The notes under the pieces were generated by a model. The model was given only the letters and a program-made list of their open reading frames with translations, did no database searches and was not told where the DNA came from. Of a DNA stretch of 32,000 bases, positions 1-8,845 are shown piece after piece; the stretch's first letter is position 1, and every line of letters starts with the position of its first letter. The translations under genes were made by a program, and so were the position numbers. The stretch is from Candidatus Methylomirabilis oxygeniifera (GTDB taxonomy: Bacteria; Methylomirabilota; Methylomirabilia; Methylomirabilales; Methylomirabilaceae), in assembly GCA_000091165.1 (NCBI GenBank), contig FP565575.1:2720855-2752854 (forward strand), given 5' to 3'.

Positions 1-898
1 CGGCCTGCGCCTGGATCGCTACCTCTCCACCGCGACAGGGCTTCCACGATCGCAGATCCAGCGCCTCATCAAAGCCGGCCGGGTGCTGGTCGATGGTCGC
101 TGCCCGAAGGCGAGCGCCATAGCCCATCCCGGCCAGCAGATCAGCCTCTCGATCCCTCCGCCTCAGCCGTCCACCCTCACGCCCGAACCGATTCCCCTCG
201 ATATCCTGTACGAAGATACCGACATGCTGGTTCTGAATAAGCCGGCGGGGCTGGTCGTGCACCCCGCCCCGGGACATCATTCCGGGACGCTGGTCCACGC
301 CATTCTGTATCACTGCCCGGATTTACCCGGAATCGGCGAGGAGCGACGACCGGGGATCGTTCATCGGCTCGACAAAGAGACATCCGGGGTGATGGTCGTG
401 GCCAAGACCGACACGGCCATGGCCTCGCTCGCTACACAATTCAAGGGGCGACGGGTGCAGAAGACCTACATCGCGCTGGTGCATGGCGAAGTCAAACAGC
501 CTCAGGGCCAAATCGCGGCCGACATCGGCCGTCATGAACGTGACCGGAAACGAATGGCGGTGCGCACACGCAAAGGCCGGGAGGCGGTGACCAACTACCG
601 GGTGATCAAGCGGCTGGGCGGCCTGACGCTGCTCGAGCTCCAGCCGCAGACCGGCCGGACCCACCAGATTAGGGTCCACCTGTCGGCCATCGGTCACCCA
701 GTGGTTGGCGACAAGGTGTATGGGGGGCGAAGGGAAAAGAAGTGTCGAGTGTTGAGTGTTGAGTGTCGAGTGAAGACGGAGCGGCACCTGCTGCATGCCT
801 GGAAACTCGGCCTGTTCCATCCGAGGACCGATGTGTGGATGGAGTTCGAAGCCCCACTGCCGCCGGACTTCACAAGCCGGCTTCACGTAGAATCCTAG
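1..898 (+). CDS. rluD: RluD/RluA-family 23S rRNA pseudouridine synthase, 5' truncated by window edge
   Basis: Frame is open from base 2 (GLRLDRYLSTATGLPRSQIQRLIKAGRVLVDG, S4 domain) into the ORF at 83. Catalytic-type motif GIVHRLDKETSGVMVVAKT, plus QPQTGRTHQIRVHLSAIGHPVVGDKVYGG. Confidence 0.93.
   Translation, partial: GLRLDRYLSTATGLPRSQIQRLIKAGRVLVDGRCPKASAIAHPGQQISLSIPPPQPSTLTPEPIPLDILYEDTDMLVLNKPAGLVVHPAPGHHSGTLVHAILYHCPDLPGIGEERRPGIVHRLDKETSGVMVVAKTDTAMASLATQFKGRRVQKTYIALVHGEVKQPQGQIAADIGRHERDRKRMAVRTRKGREAVTNYRVIKRLGGLTLLELQPQTGRTHQIRVHLSAIGHPVVGDKVYGGRREKKCRVLSVECRVKTERHLLHAWKLGLFHPRTDVWMEFEAPLPPDFTSRLHVES
741..775 (+). repeat. Degenerate 7-nt tandem repeat (AGTGTCG/AGTGTTG x5) inside the rluD reading frame
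   Basis: agtgtcg agtgttg agtgttg agtgtcg agtgaag read directly. Confidence 0.85.
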
Positions 899-1182
899 GT
901 AGACACCAGCCTGTTCAGAGCCTCTCCCGGTTCACCATGTATCGAAAAAGCATGCGAGCAGCTCGAATACACGCAGTATCTGGCAGTAGTCTGTAATACC
1001 AACGCCAATAGTAATCAGTATACTATCCGATCGATTTCCATGCGCGATTGTGTCGCTATTACCGGCATCTCTGACTACTTTCTCATAAAATGTACTATAT
1101 TATAGTCATATGGCATGGCCATAATTGCTGTCACATTGCGAGTACCACGTATCCGAACCGAATCGGCCAATAGTTCGGGATC

Positions 1183-3861
1183 ATGAAGAAGGAACATCCG
1201 TCACCTTTACCTGTCGATCGGGACGTCCACCGTCCCCAATCGGCCCCGGCGACCTCTTTGCGCGCTCTGCTCGTTGAAAACGACCAGGTCGACGCCGAAC
1301 TGCTGGTGCGTGCGCTCACGCATGGCGGCTTTCACGTCACGTCCGTGCGTGTCGACACTGCGGAGCAGATGCGCGCGGAGCTGGCGCGCGCCGACTGGGA
1401 TGTCATTGTCTCCGACGACGCGCTGCCGACCTTCGACGGCATGACGGCATTGAAGCTCCTGCGATCAACCGGGAAAACGATTCCGTTCATCCTCATGTCC
1501 GGCACCGTGTCCGACGAGACCGCGATTGAGGCTGTCAGAGCGGGCGCGCGTGATTATATTCGCAAAGATCAGCCGGCACGCCTGGTTGCGGCGGTCCGGC
1601 GCGAACTTGACGCTGCCCGCATTCAGCGCGCTCAGCCCCAGTCCGGCGCGCCGCCTATGTGGCGCCGCATCGGGATTGCGCCTCGCCTGGTGTCCGGTTT
1701 TCTTGTGGCAACGCTCTTGTTCGCCGTGTTAGGTATCTGGTCCGCAGTCGTGTATACGCGGGCGGTTGAGCAGATCGTGATAGCCGGCGCGGAGCAGAGC
1801 GCGCGCTACTTGATCGTGAGCGTTGCCGAACTGGATGAAAAGAGCGGTACGCCTGACCTGTTTTCCAACCGGTCGGCCTACCTGCAAGAGTTGGTGGAGA
1901 AACTGGCGCGGGTGCAGAAGCGGGACATTGGGGTCGTAGACTCACGCAAGCGAGTTGTTGCGGATGTGATCACAAAAGATATCGGGGTGACGTATACGCA
2001 CGATGAGGGCAATGAAGTGGCGCTGACCATCCAGGATGGTCGGGCGCGCACGTTCGTTGAGAGAAGCGCGGACTATCCTGCCGGCATCCGCCGGATGGTC
2101 GTTCCGATCCAGGCCGGTGATGGGAAGATCGTGGGCGCGCTGCTGTTGGATTACACCGTGTCCTACGAAAACGCAATATGGCATGCTGCAGTGCAGGCGC
2201 GCCGGATCTTCATTACCGGTCTCCTGGTGTTGGCTGTCGCAGTAGGCATCGGTTGGATAACATCGTGGTCGATCACGAGGCCGCTCCATCAACTGCGCGC
2301 TGCCGCACACAGACTGGGACGACAGGAGTTGGACACGCCAATCTCGATGGAATGCCCCGGTGAAATCGGCGACCTGGCCGCCGCGTTCGAACAGATGCGC
2401 GTTAATCTGGTCGCCGCGCTGGACGCGCGGGCCAATCTGGAACAGACGCTTGCCGGAAGCAATCGATCCCTGCGTAGGCTGGTCAACAGAGCGCCTATCG
2501 CGGGTATGGTGCTCGACTTCGACGGCGTCGTGCGGATGTGGAGTCTCGACGCCGAACGGTTATATGGTTGGGCTGATCGGGAAGTGTTGAACCGTCCCGC
2601 GCCAGGGATTCCACCCGACAAGCGCGATGAATTTGCTGTGTTGTGCAAGCGGCTTGCCGCCGGCGAGGTCGTCACCGGGCATGAGACCACGCGACTGACT
2701 AAAGACGGCGCGCTGCTGGACGTTGCGCTGTCGCTTGCACCCTGGAGCGATTCGCGAGGCAATGTGACGGGCTTTATCTCGATTGCCATCGACAATACCG
2801 ACCGCAAGCGCGCGGAGATTGCGCTCCGCGACGCACACGCTGAAATCACCGCCTCGGTACGCGAACTGGAACGTCGTACGGCGGAACTGCATCTGCTGCG
2901 CGAAATGACCGACCTGATCCAAGGCAGCGTCAGCATCGAGGCGGCGCATGAGATCACGCAATGCTATCTGCCGCGACTGTTCCCTTACGGCACGGGCGCG
3001 CTCTATGTGCGTTCGCCCTCGCGTGACCTCCTGGAACAGACGTCGGCATGGGGCGATCGGGCGGCTCACCTGGGCCCCACCTTCACGTCTGGAGACTGTT
3101 GGGCGCTGCGGCGCGGGCAACCCCATTACGTGCACGCCAGTCGCGAGCCGTTGTGCCGTCATACGTTTGCCGCCGATGGGGGAGAGTGGATATGCTGCCC
3201 CCTACTGGCATACGGCGAGGTGCTGGGCATCCTACACGTCTACCGCCCGGAGCGCGATACCACGAGCAGCTCGGAGCAGGCCTTCCTGACTTTGGCCGAG
3301 ACCGTTACCAGCAGCCTCAGCCTCTCCCTCGGAAACCTGCGCCTGCGTGAGACCCTGCGCCAGCAATCGATCCGCGATTCGTTAACCGGTCTGTTCAATC
3401 GCCGCTATCTGGACGAGACCCTGCCGCGCGAAATCCTGCGCGCCGCACGCACCGGTTCGACGCTGGGCGTGATGATGTTGGATATCGACCATTTCAAGCG
3501 GCTCAACGATACCCACGGGCACGACGCCGGCGACGCAGTCCTCTCTGCGCTTGGCAGATTCCTGCAGCATCACGTACGCGGCGACGATATTGCGTGTCGA
3601 TATGGCGGCGAAGAGTTCACGCTGATTCTGCCCGGCGCGTCCCTGGACGCCGTATGCGATCGTGCGGAGCAGTTACGTATCGGCGTGCAATCGCTCGTAG
3701 TCCGCTTTAACAATACACAACTGGACACGATCACGCTCTCGCTTGGCGTCGCCATGTGGCCGCAGCATGGCGAGACGGAAGACCTGTTGCTACCAGCGGC
3801 GGACGCGGCCCTGTATCGCGCGAAACAGGGAGGCAGAAATCGCGTTGAGATCGCCGTATGA
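1183..3861 (+). CDS. Multidomain diguanylate cyclase: REC, transmembrane/Cache-like region, HAMP, PAS, GAF, GGDEF
   Basis: REC-like N-terminus (LLVENDQVDAELLVRAL...DDALPTFDGMTALKLLR...YIRKDQP), TM segment FLVATLLFAVLGIWSAVVYT, HAMP-like ITRPLHQLRAAAHRLG, PAS-like MVLDFDGVVRMWSLDAERLYGW, GAF-like region, C-terminal DSLTGLFNRRYLDE...YGGEEF. Confidence 0.9.
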   Translation: MKKEHPSPLPVDRDVHRPQSAPATSLRALLVENDQVDAELLVRALTHGGFHVTSVRVDTAEQMRAELARADWDVIVSDDALPTFDGMTALKLLRSTGKTIPFILMSGTVSDETAIEAVRAGARDYIRKDQPARLVAAVRRELDAARIQRAQPQSGAPPMWRRIGIAPRLVSGFLVATLLFAVLGIWSAVVYTRAVEQIVIAGAEQSARYLIVSVAELDEKSGTPDLFSNRSAYLQELVEKLARVQKRDIGVVDSRKRVVADVITKDIGVTYTHDEGNEVALTIQDGRARTFVERSADYPAGIRRMVVPIQAGDGKIVGALLLDYTVSYENAIWHAAVQARRIFITGLLVLAVAVGIGWITSWSITRPLHQLRAAAHRLGRQELDTPISMECPGEIGDLAAAFEQMRVNLVAALDARANLEQTLAGSNRSLRRLVNRAPIAGMVLDFDGVVRMWSLDAERLYGWADREVLNRPAPGIPPDKRDEFAVLCKRLAAGEVVTGHETTRLTKDGALLDVALSLAPWSDSRGNVTGFISIAIDNTDRKRAEIALRDAHAEITASVRELERRTAELHLLREMTDLIQGSVSIEAAHEITQCYLPRLFPYGTGALYVRSPSRDLLEQTSAWGDRAAHLGPTFTSGDCWALRRGQPHYVHASREPLCRHTFAADGGEWICCPLLAYGEVLGILHVYRPERDTTSSSEQAFLTLAETVTSSLSLSLGNLRLRETLRQQSIRDSLTGLFNRRYLDETLPREILRAARTGSTLGVMMLDIDHFKRLNDTHGHDAGDAVLSALGRFLQHHVRGDDIACRYGGEEFTLILPGASLDAVCDRAEQLRIGVQSLVVRFNNTQLDTITLSLGVAMWPQHGETEDLLLPAADAALYRAKQGGRNRVEIAV

Positions 3862-3906
3862 CGGCGGGACGACAGCCCAGGCCCGTACCCGCACACCCCG
3901 CACCGT

Positions 3907-4713
3907 TTACAATTTCTCCACCGTCACGATCCTGGTAGAGCCGCACCGCAGGAACCTCCCCAAGGCCAAGTCGAGCGCCATCACGCGGCGGAAGAGGGCA
4001 TCGAAATGAGGGGCTTCCTGCCTTCGGCGAAAGAGCAGCGACGGGGGGAACAACATGGTCAGGATGTTCATACTCCGGACCTCCACCAGCCTGAGGCCGT
4101 GTGCCTGCAGGAGACGTGTCAACTCCGGCCAGGTGAAGGTCTTAAACTGCATCTCTTTCCACTCCCGCAGGTGTCCGCCCCGAGTTGTCATGGCTCGCCA
4201 CAGCTCCTTCGGCAGGTAGAGCAGGTCGGGACACCACTTTGAATCGATCTCGAACGAAATGAGCCCACGCGGGGCGCAGACCCGCACCATCTCTCGCAGT
4301 ACCACATCAACCGCCGTGAAGTTGTGACCGATGACGTCGCCATAGGCTACCATGGCCTGGACGCATCCATCTTCGAACGGCAGTCTCGTGATATCGCCGG
4401 TCACAAGACTGACGTTCGGCCGTCCATTGCACCGTTGCCGCGCCGCCTCGATCATCTGATCTGAGATGTCGATTCCGACCACCCGTCCGGCCCGCCGCGC
4501 CAGCAGGACCGTCTGTTTCCCCGTCCCGCACCCCAGGTCCAGCGCTATCCCGTCCGGCTTCTCGCAGATGATCCGTTCGACCGTTTCTCTGTAGACCTGA
4601 TAACATTCGGCGAAATAAAACTGGTCCTCAATCTGGTCGTACTCCGCCAGCATGGCGTTATAGACAGCCGCCACATGGGAGCCCACATCGGACCGGTTCG
4701 TCTGAGGGGTCAT
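3907..4713 (-). CDS. Class I SAM-dependent methyltransferase
   Basis: Motif I IALDLGCGTGKQTVLLARRAGRVVGIDIS. Start placed at MTPQTNRSD; the rest of the 422-aa ORF overlaps ald. Confidence 0.85.
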   Translation of the reverse strand: MTPQTNRSDVGSHVAAVYNAMLAEYDQIEDQFYFAECYQVYRETVERIICEKPDGIALDLGCGTGKQTVLLARRAGRVVGIDISDQMIEAARQRCNGRPNVSLVTGDITRLPFEDGCVQAMVAYGDVIGHNFTAVDVVLREMVRVCAPRGLISFEIDSKWCPDLLYLPKELWRAMTTRGGHLREWKEMQFKTFTWPELTRLLQAHGLRLVEVRSMNILTMLFPPSLLFRRRQEAPHFDALFRRVMALDLALGRFLRCGSTRIVTVEKL

Positions 4714-4736
4714 AGATGGATGGCGATCGCCGCGCG

Positions 4737-5855
4737 TTAAGCCTTTGCCGCTTCCAGGGGCGGCAGGTAGGCAAGGCCATGCGCGTCGGCCACAGCGGGA
4801 TGGGTAACGTGGTCGAGGGCAATATTCACACCCAACGACAGCTCCGGACACTCCAGGATGGCCCGGCGCCACCCGCTGTCGGCAAGCCGGAGGGCGTACG
4901 GAAGGGTAACGTTGGTGAGGGCAAAGGTCGAGGTTCTGGCGAAGGCGCCAGGCATGTTGGCGACACAGTAGTGCAGGATACCGTCCACGACATAGACGGG
5001 ATCGCTGTGAGAGGTGGAGTGGCTGGTCTCGATGCAGCCGCCTTGGTCGATGGCCACATCGACGATAATCGATCCCGGCTTCATGAGCGTAACCATCTCT
5101 CTGGTCACCAGCTTGGGGGCTCTGGCCCCGGAGACGTAGACGGCTCCGATCACAATATCGGCCCGCCTCACGCACTCTTCGATGCTCATCTGATTGGAAA
5201 TGAGGGTCGTCACATTCTCGGGAAGGATCTCGTCAAGGTAACGCATGCGGCCCTGGTCCACGTCCAGCAGATAGACCCAGGCGCCCATCCCGGCCGCCAC
5301 CTTCGCGGCGTTGGCCCCGACGGTTCCGCCTCCAAGGATCACTACAGTGGCGGGAGGCACTCCGGGCACTCCGCCGATCAGCACGCCACGGCCGCCATGC
5401 GGGGTCGCCAGATAGTGCGCCCCGATGTGGATCGCCATCCGACCGGCAATCTCGCTCATCGGTTCGAGCAGCGGTTTTCGACCGTCCGGCGTCTGCACGG
5501 TCTCATAGGCCACGGCCACCACCCGCCGCGCAAGGAGCCGTTTGGTGAGTTCGGGCGTGGGGGCCAGATGCAGGAAGGTAAACAGTATCTGTCCTTCCCG
5601 AAGCATCTCGCACTCGGCAGGCAGCGGCTCTTTCACCTTGTAGATCAGATCGGCTTGGGCGTAGATCGCTGTCGGATCGCCGATCAGCTCGGCGCCGGCC
5701 CTGGCGTAGGCCTCGTCCGGCAATCCCGAGCCGACTCCGGCCCCTTGCTGGATCAGCACCCGGTGCCCATGCGCCCGTAACGCCTGCACGCCGGCGGGTA
5801 TGATCGCGACCCGACTCTCAGCCTCTTTGATCTCTTTTGGAACCCCGATGATCAT
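4737..5855 (-). CDS. ald: Alanine dehydrogenase
   Basis: MIIGVPKEIKEAESRVAIIPAGVQAL..., YQADLIYKVKEPLPAE-type segment, NAD-binding VVILGGGTVGANAAKVAAGMGAWVYLLDVD, DVAIDQGGCIETSHSTSHSDPVYVVDGILHYCVANMPGAFARTST. Confidence 0.96.
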   Translation of the reverse strand: MIIGVPKEIKEAESRVAIIPAGVQALRAHGHRVLIQQGAGVGSGLPDEAYARAGAELIGDPTAIYAQADLIYKVKEPLPAECEMLREGQILFTFLHLAPTPELTKRLLARRVVAVAYETVQTPDGRKPLLEPMSEIAGRMAIHIGAHYLATPHGGRGVLIGGVPGVPPATVVILGGGTVGANAAKVAAGMGAWVYLLDVDQGRMRYLDEILPENVTTLISNQMSIEECVRRADIVIGAVYVSGARAPKLVTREMVTLMKPGSIIVDVAIDQGGCIETSHSTSHSDPVYVVDGILHYCVANMPGAFARTSTFALTNVTLPYALRLADSGWRRAILECPELSLGVNIALDHVTHPAVADAHGLAYLPPLEAAKA

Positions 5856-5933
5856 CGTTACCCCATTAACAGTCAGTGATGTGCTATGTAGACAGTTACT
5901 AACTGTCCACAAATAATCACTTTACGGTATCGA

Positions 5934-6008
5934 AAAATCCCTCCTCACCTCCCTTTGCCAAAGGGAGGATGTACCCCTCTTTGGAAAAGAGGGGCGAGGG
6001 GAGATTTT
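5934..6008. repeat. MITE-like nested palindromic element
   Basis: Outer arms AAAATC...GATTTT enclose two hairpins: CCTCCCTTTG-C-CAAAGGGAGG (5948-5968) and CCCCTCTTT-GGA-AAAGAGGGG (5974-5994). Confidence 0.6.
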
Positions 6009-6104
6009 CTTCATCGATGTCAATCCAGTTTTAATACGGTAAATACATCTCGCCCTTGACGATGTCAAGGATCGATCTCCCATACGCGATTGCGCCCTTT
6101 GTGG

Positions 6105-6791
6105 TCAGCTCAGGCACAGCTTTTCCAGAAGGTCCAGGTCAAGATGCTCCAGGCTCCGAACCACGAGTTCAGCGCCGGCGAAGTCCTGGCCGCGTGTATA
6201 CTCATTATAGACCACAACGCAAGGTAACCCGGCTGCATTGGCTGCCTTGAACCCCCTCTCGGAATCCTCGATGACCAGGATCTCCGATGCATCGTATCCG
6301 AGCATTGCAGCACACCGGGCATAGAGGGCCGCGTTCTTGTCACCGGCCTGTTGGCCGAAAATCGGGTCGAAGGCATCGAGCGCCTCAGGAATCTGCGCTC
6401 TCAGGAGCGCGAGGATCTGATCTTCGTGGGTCACCGATACGATCGCCAGTCGAATACCGCGATCAGTCGCCTCGCGGATGATCCGGGCCACACCGGGAAG
6501 AAGTGGCAGCGCCTCAACCCGCTTCAAGTACAGCTCCTTCTTCAGCGCAAACAGCTCCGGCACAATCCGGTCGATATCGGCCTCGGAGAGCGAGGTCCGG
6601 GTCGAAAGCGCCAACCGCATCCGGCGGGCATTGCCGGGGATCTTCAGCAACTCTTTGAACTCCTCCCAGCTCCAGCGGACATCGAACCCCATCTGCGCGA
6701 ACGCCTCGTTACAGGCTACCAGATGCCCGTTCCTCTCCGTCTCCGCCAGTGTCCCATCCACGTCAAAAATAATCGCCTTCAGTTTCCCCAT
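6105..6791 (-). CDS. HAD-superfamily hydrolase, CbbY/phosphoglycolate phosphatase-like
   Basis: IIFDVDGTLAETE, LPLLPGVARIIREATDRGIRLAIVSVTH, ILVIEDSERGFKAANAAGLPCVVV. Confidence 0.88.
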   Translation of the reverse strand: MGKLKAIIFDVDGTLAETERNGHLVACNEAFAQMGFDVRWSWEEFKELLKIPGNARRMRLALSTRTSLSEADIDRIVPELFALKKELYLKRVEALPLLPGVARIIREATDRGIRLAIVSVTHEDQILALLRAQIPEALDAFDPIFGQQAGDKNAALYARCAAMLGYDASEILVIEDSERGFKAANAAGLPCVVVYNEYTRGQDFAGAELVVRSLEHLDLDLLEKLCLS

Positions 6792-6924
6792 CTCTCATAC
6801 CTAAGCGTTCGTTGCGCGCGGCGTTCATTACGTCGATAGCGTTCATTTATGTGGCATTCATGGATACAGCCGTAGGTCGGGTTAGCGCAGCACAACCCGA
6901 CAACTTCGGCCGAATCCTTCGTGC

Positions 6925-6959
6925 TCCCCCTTTGATAAAGGGGGATTGAAGGGGGTTTT
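6925..6959. repeat. Palindromic REP-like intergenic element related in sequence to the 5934-6008 element
   Basis: CCCCTTTGATAAAGGGG palindrome followed by attgaagggggttttt. Confidence 0.5.
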
Positions 6960-7300
6960 TGTACGCTGTGGTGCGGTCATGCTGCATGAGGTGTTGCTCA
7001 GAAAATGTCTATCCAATCTGTTGCGTCCAGAGACCCGGAGGGCCATGACCTGTCGGCGATAATACCTTGACACCCCACTTCTATCAAATAGAATGTTCCC
7101 ATGCGTAGAAGAAGTCGGAAGGATTCAGCCACTGTGCCGTACCAGCGGTCCCCATCGGCGTATGAAGCGTCGCTTGTGTCGAAGACCAATATCATCGTTC
7201 CTGTGGAGCCTAACGACCCTACGCTGCTCCACCGGGATTTGTTCCAGCGCTCACCAATTATGCGCCCGACCTGAAAAATTGTCAGCAAGAGGGAGATTCC

Positions 7301-7765
7301 ATGGCAGATGAGCGCGAGACTCATCAGAGATTCATTCGGGCAGCCTTTGAGCAGGCTCGGAAATCATACAATGAGGGTGGACTTCCGATTGGCGCCGTCA
7401 TGGTAGAGAACAGCACAGTTATCGCTGTTGGTCATAACCGTCGCGTTCAAGACGGCGATCCAACCGCGCACGGGGAGATGGACTGCCTTCGGCAGGCTGG
7501 TCGGCGCCCTCGCTATGACGGCATTACGCTTTATACGACGCTGAGTCCTTGCATGATGTGCTCAGGCACCGTGCTCCAGTTTGGGATCAAGCGAGTGGTC
7601 ATTGGCGAAAAGCAAAACTTCCCAGGCAATGTCGAATTGTTGCGCAATCACGGTGTTGATGTGATTGTTCTTGATGATCCTGAGTGTATTTCGCTGATGC
7701 AGCGATTCATGCGCGAACGTCCGGATCTGTGGGACGAGGATATTGCGGGGCGAACAAACGTTTGA
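7301..7765 (+). CDS. Cytosine deaminase-type nucleoside deaminase (yeast Fcy1-like architecture)
   Basis: Zn motifs HGEMD and LSPCMMCSG; GLPIGAVMVENSTVIAVGHNRRVQDGDPTAHGEM; C-terminal FMRERPDLWDEDI. Confidence 0.85.
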   Translation: MADERETHQRFIRAAFEQARKSYNEGGLPIGAVMVENSTVIAVGHNRRVQDGDPTAHGEMDCLRQAGRRPRYDGITLYTTLSPCMMCSGTVLQFGIKRVVIGEKQNFPGNVELLRNHGVDVIVLDDPECISLMQRFMRERPDLWDEDIAGRTNV

Positions 7766-8002
7766 GGTATACTCAGCAAGAGGCGGAACGAATCAAGGCG
7801 GCCAGTTTTGGGGTTGTCCGAATTATCCGCGCTGTCGCGGACTCGTGAACTACGACGCCCATGGTGCAAAGTAGGCATACGTCGGGTTCGCACCACAAGG
7901 ACCTTCCACTCGACGCACCAAATACGTGCGCGGATGAAGCAGAGGACATTGGCAAGTCGACTCGAAGAGGGGTTTGTGATACGCTTTTTTCGGGAGGTTG
8001 AG

Positions 8003-8050
8003 ATGACGAAGTTGCTTCAACGAGCATTCGAGAAGGTAGTAACTTCCTAA
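8003..8050 (+). pseudogene. Possible truncated antitoxin-like mini-ORF (MTKLLQRAFEKVVTS*)
   Basis: SD-like gggagg 5' of the ATG; resembles the N-terminus of small antitoxins but stops after 15 codons. Confidence 0.25.
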
Positions 8051-8066
8051 GTCTGAGGAGGATGCC

Positions 8067-8267
8067 ATGACAACTGTCGAGTCGATTGAGCGCGCTATCG
8101 AGCAGCTTTCCCCCGACGAACTCGTCAAGTTGCGACGCTGGTTCTTGGAGTACGATGCCACCGCTTGGGATGCTCAGATCGAGGCAGATGCTGCTGCCGG
8201 AAAATTCGATGCGTTAGCTAAAGAGGCTTTAGCTGAGTATCACAGCGGTAAGGCGCGCGAGATTTGA
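8067..8267 (+). CDS. Putative type II antitoxin (small acidic protein)
   Basis: MTTVESIERAIEQLSPDELVKLRRWFLEYDATAWDAQIEADAAAGKFDALAKEALAEYHSGKAREI; upstream gaggagg SD; 4-bp TTGA overlap with the next gene. Confidence 0.72.
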   Translation: MTTVESIERAIEQLSPDELVKLRRWFLEYDATAWDAQIEADAAAGKFDALAKEALAEYHSGKAREI

Positions 8268-8524
8268 GGCATTTCACGGCGAGTCAATTCTGGCGCTGTT
8301 TCGATGCTCTGCCAACCGCCATCCAGGATCTCGCCCGACGCAACTACGCTCTTCTCAAGCAGAATCCGACGCATCCATCCCTACAATTCAAATCCGTGTG
8401 CGGCGGACGCTTCCGTAGCGTTCGAATCGGTAATCATTACCGTGCCCTTGGGCTGCCAGTCCCAGAGGGAGTGCAGTGGTTCTGGGTCGGCCCGCACGCC
8501 GAGTACGACAAGTTCTTTAGCTAA
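8264..8524 (+). CDS. Putative ParE/RelE/HigB-like toxin
   Basis: RNYALLKQNPTHPSLQFKSVCGGRFRSVRIGNHYRALGLPVPEGVQWFWVGPHAEYDKFF resembles the RelE-fold toxin core; TTG start overlaps the antitoxin stop. Confidence 0.75.
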   Translation: MRHFTASQFWRCFDALPTAIQDLARRNYALLKQNPTHPSLQFKSVCGGRFRSVRIGNHYRALGLPVPEGVQWFWVGPHAEYDKFFS

Positions 8525-8682
8525 CACTCGGCTGGATCGGTGGAATGGCGCGACAGCCGAGCGACAAGGACAAGCCATAAGGCCGTCTTTGGTGCGCCGG
8601 GACGAAGGATCGGAAAAATCGGAAGGGTTGGTTCTTGCGCGTATCGGTCTGCTGCGGGGGTGTTGGAATCTGAAACGACAGT

Positions 8683-8799
8683 TTATCCCAGCCAGATGAG
8701 CAGCTTGACAATGTACTTCATTGCGATCATGGACGCTAGAAACATGACCGCCCCTAAAACTAAATTCACATTGATGTTTCGGTGCTTTTCCGGCTCCAT
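8683..8799 (-). CDS. Unannotated 38-aa single-pass membrane microprotein
   Basis: MEPEKHRNINVNLVLGAVMFLASMIAMKYIVKLLIWLG*; purine-rich tgaggaagagg immediately 5' of the ATG; 46 nt downstream of the selenoprotein stop, same strand. Confidence 0.5.
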   Translation of the reverse strand: MEPEKHRNINVNLVLGAVMFLASMIAMKYIVKLLIWLG

Positions 8800-8845
8800 A
8801 CCTCTTCCTCACTGAGACCGACGACCGTCGGCGCCTCTAGACTGC

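Noticed and set aside
4714-5175. N-terminal extension of the 422-aa methyltransferase ORF
   Set aside because: Overlaps ald in another frame and is Arg/Pro/Cys-rich shadow sequence; methyltransferase homology begins after MTPQTNRSD.
4716-5780. 354-aa plus-strand ORF
   Set aside because: Fully antisense to the well-supported alanine dehydrogenase; shadow ORF of a GC-rich gene.
6998-7324. 108-aa minus-strand ORF between the HAD and deaminase genes
   Set aside because: No motifs or convincing start context; overlaps the deaminase start. It could be a decayed gene but cannot be supported.
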